Origin: Chromera velia
Taxonomy: Eukaryota
Reading direction: 5' to 3'
Assembly (NCBI GenBank): GCA_018398765.1
Contig: JAHBMJ010000035.1
Location: 62,001-126,000, forward strand
DNA: 64,000 nt
Of the stretch, positions 54,084 to 64,000 are shown in pieces. How positions within the stretch are numbered: position 1 is the stretch's first letter; the number at the start of each line of letters is the position of its first letter. The notes beneath the pieces are model-generated. The model searched no databases and had not been told where the DNA came from. It saw only the letters and a program-made list of their open reading frames with translations. The position numbers were made by a program, and so were the translations under genes.

Positions 54084-57000
54084 TTACGAACTCCACGGAT
54101 TTTGATCTGAACCCGCTCCTTTGTTTGTGCCGAGCGAAGAAGAGCAGTCTCCGAGAATATTTTCATCGCGTGCATCATGATGAGTGCGAAGGGGGCCTCG
54201 GAGCCCTCCGAGGCCCCCGTATGGCGCGGGTGATGATGATGCCAGTGGCCCTTGCAGTCTCGACCCCATGGCTGCTGCTTGAAGAGAAGACAAACTGTTC
54301 GGAGACGAAGGAAGGCCCCCGATCCCGGGGCCCTGAGGAATGCCGGGGCCCAATGGAATAGAGGAGGAGCCTCCAGGTGCCGTCACAGGCTGAAAGAGTC
54401 TGTTCAACTGCAGTGAGAAACAAGCGAAGAAACCTAAACATGGACATACAAAATACACAATACCAAGTCTCCCTCCAAGGACAGCGGATGCAGCCTAAGT
54501 GAGAAACAACAGCACAATCTTCCACGAGAGACTGTATGTTTTTCTTTTTCTCAGTCCCTTCCCCCCCTTTCCCCCCTTCCTTCCTTCCTCACTTGGACAG
54601 ACAGGTCAGGACAAAACAAGAGAGCACGAGTCTGCTGAGTGCAGTGCAACAAGCGCATGCCAACACAGGAAGACTCAGAGGGACAGACCAGAAAAAGGGA
54701 CATGCGTGGATACAGTAAGGAAACAGGAAGAAGCAGGCGTGTGGGCAGCCTAATAAGCGCGTGAGGTGAGCATGAGGGAGGCCATGCAAGCTTCTCTCTG
54801 ATTCCGGTTCTTAATCCTTGCTCTACCTCCCATCCCCCCTGTGTGTATTCCTGAAGAACAAATGATAACAGCCCAAGTCCCGACCTTCATTTCACTCTCG
54901 ATGAGGGAATCTTCGCCCGCCCCTTCTTCACTCCGTTGCCTCTGGCCCAATCCGTAAGCAGACCCCCCCACCCCTCTGTGATGTTGCCTGTCCTGTTTCA
55001 CAACGCCCGAGGCTGACTGGATCCGCGTGGCCACCTCAACTACCCTCTGCGCGTTGCTGGACATCTGCATCCGAACCATCAGAGACAGGCAGGCGGGAAA
55101 GGAAGCAAGCGGAACAGGCACGCCAACAGCAGTGCGGTCGAGCTCTCCACCGAACCGGCAGGCGTGCAGGTGAGAAGAACAGAAACACATGATTGTTCTG
55201 TTCACGGTATTGTATCATCTGAAGGAGGGAGGGTGAGTGCAGAGAACTGGGATGCCTGTCAAGGGCCATATGGCATAAGGGGGACAGTCGATGAGTTAAC
55301 ATTTGATCAATCAAACAGGAAGGGAGCGTGTGAGCGTGGGGAGACACAATGATCCCTCCTCACAGTTAGGGTCAGCAACTGCGCGCAGCGGGGAGGTAAG
55401 AACCAAGAAACACTCTTGAACAGACAAGACAGACAGACACACAGTCAGACAGACTTAATTCTTTTTTTCGTTCCTTTCTTTTTCCTCTTCAACCGAAGAA
55501 ACAAAGATAACAACTTTGGAACAGTCAAGAAAAACATTGACAGTCAGACAGGCGGAAGGGGCCCGAAGGAGACAGACTTCAGAAGCGCCCCTTGCGCCTG
55601 CATGAGCCCCTGATGAAGTTTCACGTGATCACTTGAACTCACGCGCTACTTCTCACATCCACAAAACAAGAAAGAAAAATAGTAATTAGAAAAGAAATAC
55701 AAAACCAAAACCATAGAACAAACAAGAGACAAGCAGGCACCGTGAAGACAGACTGCATCGGCTTTTCTTTTCCTTTTTCTCTTTCTTCATTCTCTTCCGT
55801 TTTTTTTCTTTCTTCGTTTGGCGCGCTGACAGAAAGACAGATAAACAGACAGACCGTATACACTTTTGTCCCCCCCCCTTCTTCTTAATACACAACAGAC
55901 AAAAAAGAAAAAACAAAGACAAAAAAGAAAAGACGTGGGCAGGGGGGCCGAAAAGTGTAGACTTAAGCGCTCCTTGCCTTCACACATCACGACAGGACTT
56001 CACGTGAGCACTGAATTCACACGCTACTACCTGCTGCTTCCACTCAGGACAAAAGGGGAAAAAAGCCAGCACACAGTCTGCACTCTGAACAAACTCACAC
56101 CACTATAGACATCGTCCTGTAGTCTAAAGAGACCGACAGACAGGCAGAGAAAGAAACAGACAAACCAAAAACAAGCCGGAAACAAAGAAACAGGAACGGA
56201 AAGACTGACCGACTGTCAGACAGACAGGGAGACAAATACACAGACAAACAGACAAACCAACAGACAGACCAAATGAGACCACAAGAAGGCCGGGAGAAGC
56301 AGAGCACCCCCCAAGGTCCAGAGGCCGGGTCGCGCACTCCCTGCACCGACACGCAATGGCAGGAACACAGATAAATGAAATAACACATCTCACAGGGCAA
56401 GGGAACCAGAAAGAGAAAAAAAAGTGAGGGAGGAAAGGATGCACGGAGGGAGGGAGGGAGCGAGGAAGGAATGCAGAGGAAGAGAGAAAGGAAGATCTGA
56501 CAAGAGGAAGGAATGGGCGTCAAAGAAGAGCTAGGGCACGTTCAATTGAGTTTGCTCGACACTGCCTGCATCTCTGACCGTCGGCAGGCATGAATCGGGA
56601 CGTCTTGTCAACCCTCTGCCTGTCTCTTAATCTCTCTTTTCTTTCTTTCTTTTGGTTCTTTCTTTCTTTCTTTCTTTCTTTCTGTCTGTCTTTGGGTTCT
56701 TTCTTTTTTTTTTGTTTTTTCTTTCTTTCTTTTCTTTCTTCCTTCTTTTCCCCCCCTTTTTTTGTGTCTGTCTATCTATCTATCTGTCTGTCTATACGTT
56801 TGTCTCTACTTCTTCTTCTTTCTCCTTTTCTTTCTTCTTTCCTTCTCTTATTTTCTCTTTGTTTCTTAGACTGTTTTTCTGTTTTTTCTGTTCTCTTTCT
56901 TTTTCCTTCCTTCCTTCCTTCCTTCCTTCCTTCCTTCCTTGTTTTTCTTTCTATCTATCTATCTGTCTGTCTGCATACCTTTCCTTCCTTCCTCTCCTTC

Positions 57001-57603
57001 TCCTCTTCCTCCTCTCCTCTGTTTCTTTCTTCCCTTTTTTTGGTATCTCTATCTCTCAGTCTCTCTCTCTCGTCCTTCCTTCCTTCCTTCCTTCCATTTT
57101 TTTTTTCTGCTTACTTCCTTTCTTTCTTCCTTCCTTCCTTCCTTCCTTCCTTCCCCCATGCCACCATTCCTTTCTCCCACCTTATTTTTCTTTCTTTGTT
57201 TTGATATTAGTCTTCGCAGCCCCTGTGGTGAGCGGGGCGTCTGTCTGCCTGCCTGCCTGCCTGCCTCCCCGAATGGATGAACAATTGCGCGAAGACTGCA
57301 AGAACAAAAAAGACGATCACAGACTCGGTAATTGAAGGACCGACCGAGAACCCGTCTCGCGAAGAGACGTGCAGAGACGCCCCCGAGTAATGAACCCCCG
57401 ACGACCCTGAAGAAAGCCTGTCTTCCGAAGTCCAGCACAAACTCTCTGTCAGAATCAGATATCAAATCATGATAAGGATGCCCTTTTCCCTTGCCTTTCT
57501 GCATCGCCTCTTTCCGTTTTTCTGCAGGCAGCGCAAGGGGCGTCTCCTCTCCCGTCTCCAATCCTGGATCCGATCTCGGAGAAGGAAAGTTAAAGACTGA
57601 CAT
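54084..57603 (-). CDS. Hypothetical protein gene built largely from micro-exons
   Basis: Exon 1 MSVFNFPSPRSDP...VVGGSLLGGVSARLFARRVLGRSFNYR. Phase-compatible micro-exons MSSNAQRVVE | EYTQGGWE | AAHTPASSCFLT | TRALLFCPDL | LHPLSLEGDL lead to last exon LNRLFQP...QNPWSS*. The middle is uncertain. Confidence 0.6.
55548..55662 (-). other. Conserved two-hairpin motif, copy 2 (diverged)
   Basis: GGCGGAAGGGGC...AAGCGCCCCTTGCGCC stem followed by TTTCACGTGATCAC...TCACGCGCTACT. Confidence 0.6.
55935..56050 (-). other. Conserved two-hairpin motif, copy 3
   Basis: Closest match to 20744-20856. Confidence 0.7.
56620..57200. repeat. (TTTC)n/(TTCC)n intronic low-complexity tract
   Basis: Degenerate pyrimidine microsatellites. 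Confidence 0.85.
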
Positions 57604-58090
57604 TCTGTGTGACAGTCGATTGTCAAGTGAGAAAGGCGATGAAAGGTGACTGAACAAAAGTCTTCATGTCACTGTACGTTCACCGGAATGTGGTAATACA
57701 GTGGTATGGAAAATGAAGACAGCTTTCCAGCAACATGCAAGGTTGAAGTCACCATGCAGGCCACGCGCGCTCGCGCGCATGCATTGCGCGCCAAACCAAC
57801 ATGAATGCCGTCTCTGCATATGGATCTATTCAGCCGGTATCATGCCGTCTCCATCATTGCAAAGAAGCTAGGAGGCGGTAAGTTACGAGTCCGAAAGATC
57901 ATGGACATCGATCTTGCACTCCTCATAAACCTTTGGTCTCACTGGTGTCTTTTGGCATCCACCTGAACATGAGAAGAAACTGCCTGAAAAGTCTCTGCGG
58001 AGAATAGCCAGCCAGAGTCGACCTGCGGGCTCTTCTCCCCTCCCGAACTTGGACTGCACCAGTGAGATAGTAGGACCAGTGTGCTCCATC

Positions 58091-61000
58091 ATGAAGGGAA
58101 TCGTGTCTTTGATATGCTGCTCACTGCTTCCTGTCGGGTGGAGCTTTGTGCTGCTGCCGCGGGGCCCTGTCAGGCAACGCCGACAGAGGGCGTCTCGCAG
58201 CTTGCCGGTAAGTTCTGCTTCGTGTGTGTGTGGCTGTCATCCCCCGTACCTTCTATGAGCTTTCCATTGAAGAGGCTTGCAGGGTGAAGGCTCGAACAAA
58301 TATCCGCTGCTCTCACCTCCCCGCGGCAACTTCTTCCAAGTCTCTGGGTGAACACGCAACATCCCAGCATGCCTTTGTATGTGATCGTGCATAGCTGCTT
58401 GCTTTTGTATGCCCGGTTGAACTTCACGACTCACAGCTTCTCTCGCTCTCTCTTTCACATATGCACGCACGCATACATGCACTGATCCCATTCTCTCTCT
58501 CTCTCTCTCTCTCTCTCCTCTCCCTCTGTGTGTGTGTGTGTGTGTGTGTGTGCGGTCGTGCAGGAGTTTCCCTTTTCCCCTCGGCAGAGCCTTTCCCTTT
58601 CCCCTCTGCCCCCCACCGTCTCCATGTCTATGGACCTCCTGAAGTCAGCCATGAACCCGAAGGCAAAGGAAGAAGATATGCAGGCCAAGAACCAGGAACT
58701 ACTCAATCAGTATAACGTCAGCCTGCCAGACAAAGTGACGTCTGCATGACTCGGTGTATAGACAGAAACAAAGAAACAAAGTCAGACAGAAAAATAGAAA
58801 GGAAAAGAGATTTTCCCAACCCCCGGGGAAAGGAAGGCACTGGGAGACCACCAATATCTCTTCTCTTTTCTTCTTGATCTGCACTTGCGCATGCGCTGAC
58901 AGAGTCACAGATATGAGCAGATAGTAGCGTTTCTCCTTCTTATTTGACGTTCCCATTGCAGGAGAGGGTAGAAAAGGTCAACGCCCTCGAGGCTCAGATG
59001 GAGGCGCTGTCAGATGAAGAATTGGGGTGCGTGCGTCAGTCCCCTCCCTTGACGTTATGAAGAGAAAAGTACTGAGGGACCTCTTTGTGTCTGCAGTTTT
59101 CCTTCCTTTTCCTCTGACTTCCACCTTTCTTGGTGCCGGTTTCCATCCGCCCCTTTTTTTACCCGGCCATCGGAGTCGGATGCCAAAGGTGTGAGTGATT
59201 TTCTTCTGCTAAGCATTCGTCACAATTTTCTCATTTTGTGTGTGCGGCACTTTTCTTTCTCTCGGGCACTCCTCTGAGAGCTGATCTATATTCTTGTTTG
59301 TGGGTGACGCGTCGGTACTGTTTGACGCTTACCTTCTTGATCTCCGCCCTGTCTGCATGCTGTGTTGTTTATCTTTTAAATTCCTTTTCCCTCTGCAGAG
59401 AGAAGTCGCAGGAGTTTCGCGCCCGTCTCCGCACAGCCCTGGGCGTGGAGGATCTCTCACAGTCCAATGACCCCGTGAGGGAAAAGAAGGCACTTGACGG
59501 AATTCTGGAGGAGGCCTTCGCAGTCGTCAGGGAGGCAGCTTGGAGGGTGCTGGAGCTCCGTCACTTCGACGTGCAGCTGGTGGGAGGCATGGCGATGCAT
59601 GACGGTTTGCTTGCGGAGATGGCCACGGGAGAGGGGAAGACCCTCGCTGCAACGGCCCCAGTGTATCTGAATGCTCTCATGGGTGGGTCAGTGAGCGAAT
59701 GATTGAAACAGTGTGGTACATGGTAGAGAAATGCAGCGTGTGCGCAGTCGTGTGACATATCAAATCCTTTTCCGCTTCTTTGTACTTCGGCTGCTGCGAC
59801 CTGGGTAGACTCGAATGCTCTTGTGAGTCGATCTGTTGGTTGCTGCCATTCAACTTTGATGGGCTCGAGTTACCTCATGGCAGTTTTTTCTCCACACTCT
59901 CCTGGGTTCCTTTTCTTCAGGCCGTATCCGCACCCGGCTTCTACATTTGCTTGTGAATGGAAAGAAAGATGTTGGTGATGCAATGTGCCCTGGTAGAGGC
60001 GAGATCGTTGTCTCGATGATTCTGTTTCTACGATACATGATCGGGCTATCTCTCTGTGTTCGCCGTCTGCCATGGTTGCAGGCAAGGGAGCAATGGTGGT
60101 CTCTCAGAACGACTACTTGACAAAGAGAGACAGCGAGACAATGGGGCAGCTGTACAAGTTCCTCGGCTTGTCTGTGGGATTTGTGGGCCCGGACATGAGC
60201 AAGAAGCAGAAGCGGGAGGCCTACAAGAAGGACGTGTGTTATGTCTCACACCAGGTGCGTGAACAGAAAGTCGATGCATATTTTCCCCTTGGATGGATCT
60301 GCAGCGGGTCTGTCTGTGTGTCTCTCCTTGAAGGGCTTTGCAAGTTTGTGCTGCGCTGCTCGCCTCATCGACCTTCCCATCATCTTCCTGTAGGTCATCT
60401 CTCTCTTTTTCTCTCTCCAGTACATCCACGGAGTTTGGTTGGAGGTTGCAGTCCAGAGCTGCCTTCTTCATTCACTGGGAGGTAAACTTGTATGCGTGTT
60501 CCCCCGCTCTCCTCACTGACACTCGCTCTCGACTTCCTGCTCCGAATCTACGTGCATACAGGTCCTTGCTTTCGACTACCTGTACGACAACCTCGCGTAC
60601 TACCCTGACGACCTCGCGCTCTTCACTGTCGATAGGCCGTAAGTTCGTTTTGTCCCCTTCTCCGTCCTGTCCTGTGTTTTCTCATTTTTTGTCTTAGCAT
60701 CTTGTGTTCGTCTTTCCGCCGAGGAAAACGCATGTGGAGGAAAAGGGGGCGAAAAAGAGACACACAGCAGGCAAGACAAGGTATAGGACCGTCTCGCAGT
60801 GTTTCCCTGAATGTATGAATGAACGCATGTGTGCAGGGACCCGCTTTACTTCTGCCTAGTGGATGAGGCCGACTCGATTCTGATCGATGAAGGCCGAAAC
60901 CCTCTGAAGATCACAGACAGGAGACCTGCACAGGAGTCATCAAAGACACTCTACAGAATAGCAGCAGATGTGGTCAAGTACTTGGACGGGGCAGAGGGGG

Positions 61001-61887
61001 AAAAGGGAAAGACGATGGACTTTGAGATCGACCGAAAGAATCAGGACATCTCTCTGACAGAGGAGGGGACCTCGGTGAGTGGGTGGGTCGGTCCGACAGG
61101 GTTCCCTCTTTTTTCTTTTCTCACCCTTTCGATCTCTGTCTCTCTTTCTTGGTTTGTTTCTTTTTTTTATTTTTCTTTCTGTTATCCTCAATGGAATCTG
61201 TTGGGTGTTTTGCTTTCTGATTCACTTTGTCTCCCCTTTCCTTCTCTTATTCCGGTTGCTCGTCTGCTATGCTGTTCTCATATAGCGTGGCAACAATTTT
61301 TGTCAAACCTCAATTTCCCGGGTCGTCGTCTGCAGCGCGCTCAAAGGCTTTGCAGGGAAAGGGGGTACAGACTTTACGACAACCAACAACCCGTCCTCCT
61401 TTTCATCAACAACGCCGTCAAGGCAAAGGCCCTATTCGAAAAGGACACAGAATACATTGTCGCGTCAGTTGATTGACTCTTCGGTCTCGGCTGTCTTATC
61501 TTCTCCTGATTTGTGCGGTAGCGCTTTATTGTATGCGTGCCGAGTTCTGCTGCATGAAGAAAAATGCTCTCTGCTTCTTTGCTCTGTCTGGTTCTGAAAA
61601 TTGAAGGCTCTGGATGCTGCAGATCGGTGGGGTCACCAAAAGAGTGTGTAGGCGGCTTTCCGGGTCTGTACAGATGGGTTTGTGCTGGTTGGGCTTATTT
61701 TGCGCTCTTTCTTGCCTTCCGACCCCGATCCATAGACAAGACACATGCGTACACACATGTATGCCCATGTGTCTCTGATTTTGCAGAAACGGAAACGTCG
61801 AAATTATTGACCAGTCGACAGGTCGAGTGCTCGAGGGACGAAGATTCACTGACGGCATGCACCAGGTCAGTCTCTCTCCCTCTCTCT

Positions 61888-61968
<81 letters not shown>

Positions 61969-63134
61969 TGTGTGAGAGAGGGCAAGAGGTGAGTCGAGTA
62001 GGCCTTCTAGCAGAGCCGATATGGTGGACACCTGCGCAGTGGAACAACGAAAGAAATGGGAAAGCGCTGTAACTGCGCATGTGGGCGCGTCAGCGGCCTC
62101 GTGTAAAGCTATGCATCCCTTTTGTCAATCAATCCCTTTCCTTCCTGTTTGTCTCTCTCATCGCAAAAAAGTTTCCCCTCCCTTCGTAATTCTCTCCTCC
62201 CTCCCTCACAGTCAATCGAGGCAAAGGAGGGTCTGGACATCTCCCCTGAGACGAAAGAAATCGCGTCGGTAACTTACCAGGTCGGTCACTCAATCAGTCA
62301 GCGATGAATGGTTTCGTCTGTCACTGTCGACTTGGCTGGCTCACGGAGGCTGCAAACCACTATCTTTGCTTGATGTAAAAGCGGTGTTGAGGTCTGTGTC
62401 TCATGATGCGATGGAAGCAGAAACTACACTGACTTACTCCCACCGTGCAAAACCGGACGAATGCTTCCTTTTTCTTCGTCCTTTAACAGCATCGGCGTGC
62501 GCCTGTTTTTTATAGAGGAAAAAGAGGCAAGGTGTGTATCTGGCTATGTGTTTGTCTTCATTTTCTTCTGCCTTTCGTGTCCGTCTCCTGGCGTACAGTC
62601 AAACCCATCATGTTCCTCCGTACACACGTACGTTCTTGTTCCCCCCACTTCTTTCCTGCAGGCCCTCTTCCGCATGTTCTCCCGGCTGTCCGCGATGACG
62701 GGCACGGCGTTCACAGATTTCCAGGAGTTCCTTGACGTCTTCAACCTCAGAGTCGTGCAGATCCCCACAGCACTCCCCACAGGTAGGTAAGGGGAACCGA
62801 TGACCAGCTTATGATGAAAAGACGTTGTGTTGCCATTTAACGGAAGGGGGGAGAGATTCTTCAAGCAGACTTAGCTCCGTCTTGTAGGGTGCAGGCCTCC
62901 TGCAGGGGAGTAATTAATTTGCTGTCCCTGTAGGCCCAAAAGACGTCCTCCTTGTTTGACTGCGTGTGCAGGCCGACGAGACTTCCCAGATGCCGTCTTC
63001 AAGACGCGAAGGGCCAAGTTGAAGGCGCTACTGGACGAAATCGAGGCAGCACACAAACAGGGGAGACCTTTGCTGATCGGTCTGTCCCTTTGTCCTCGTT
63101 CCTCCTCCGCTTCTATTATGTGCGTTCGTTTGTG

Positions 63135-63165
<31 letters not shown>

Positions 63166-63212
63166 CGATTTCTCTCTGTCTCTGTTTGTCTGTCTGTCTG
63201 TCTGTCTGTCCG

Positions 63213-63249
<37 letters not shown>

Positions 63250-64000
63250 CTCTCTCTCTCTCTCTTCTTCTTTCTTTCGTGTTTCTTCTTCTTCCTTTTC
63301 TCGTGTATGTGTATGTGCATTTGCATCCGTGTGTGTGTCTGTGTGTCTGCATAATGTCTCTGCCTGTGTGTTTGTGGGTGTGAGTATACATACACGCGCA
63401 GGTACACGGAGTGTTGCTCTCTCGGAGGCAATCAAGGAAGACCTTGCTGACATCGACATCGACGCGTTTGTGCTCAACGCCAGGCCTGAGAACGCAGACA
63501 GCGAGGCCTTCATCATCGCGCAGGCAGGCAGAGAGGGGGCAATCACTGTGGCAACAAATATGGCTGGTTGGTCGGGGGGGTGCTTGTGGGGGATTACGCA
63601 ACAGGCCCACTGAGAAAGGGGAAGTGGAGCAGCATCTGCAGGAAAAATGCCGCTTGAATGCAGGGCAGCACTCATTGTGGTCTGGCTTGCTTGTTGAACA
63701 TCTTTCGTGTTTTTCTGCTCTTCTCTTCTCTCTGCAGGAATATGCATACACAGGAGTCAAGAATGTGTTGAGTGATAATGTGAGCAAGTGCGAGTACAAT
63801 GTGAGAATCTGTTGTTCTCATCACCTGCCTCTCTTGCAGGAAGAGGAACAGACATCATATTGGGAGGGAATCCGGCAGCCATGGCGCGTCTGTACATGCA
63901 GGACGCGTTGTACAAGGTTGCACGTGAAAGAAGGGCTGAGAAGGGACAGAGTTTCATCCCAACTGAATCGCAGAGACGAGATCCGTACAGGTCCCTTCCT
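58091..64000 (+). CDS. secA: Nucleus-encoded plastid-targeted preprotein translocase SecA (3' part beyond the window)
   Basis: Leader [22 protein letters not shown] followed by an R-rich transit-like segment. [119 protein letters not shown]. Confidence 0.95.

Noticed and set aside
55610..55640. Hammerhead ribozyme suggested by CTGATGA
   Set aside because: There is no correctly placed GAAA or stem III, and CTGATGA is absent from the other two copies.

Overview
This is intron-rich eukaryotic nuclear DNA with microsatellite-laden introns and short exons. It is most consistent with a photosynthetic alveolate (chromerid-like); this is an inference from a PfMAP-2-type kinase, a plastid-targeted SecA, an alveolate-type FHA/RINGv gene and TGCATGCA motifs. 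Bases 1-10,140 are a transposon graveyard: nested hAT elements and MITEs with readable TIRs/TSDs, an 857-bp tandem duplication, and a dead CRE-like non-LTR retrotransposon. Then come a W-rich beta-propeller gene (+), and an ~11-kb mosaic of decayed gene fragments (MAPK pseudogene, 50/51-bp minisatellite) between AT/TpA-rich islands. Further along are a membrane-protein gene (-), an FHA-RINGv-FHA gene (-) divergent from an omega-3 desaturase (+), and a micro-exon gene (-) divergent from SecA (+, runs off the window). The two most striking observations are: (1) repeat copies differ almost only by C>T/G>A transitions, mostly CpA>TpA, a RIP-like signature in a non-fungal genome; (2) a ~110-nt two-hairpin motif occurs three times inside low-complexity spacers. 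Exon boundaries were assigned by eye and are approximate.
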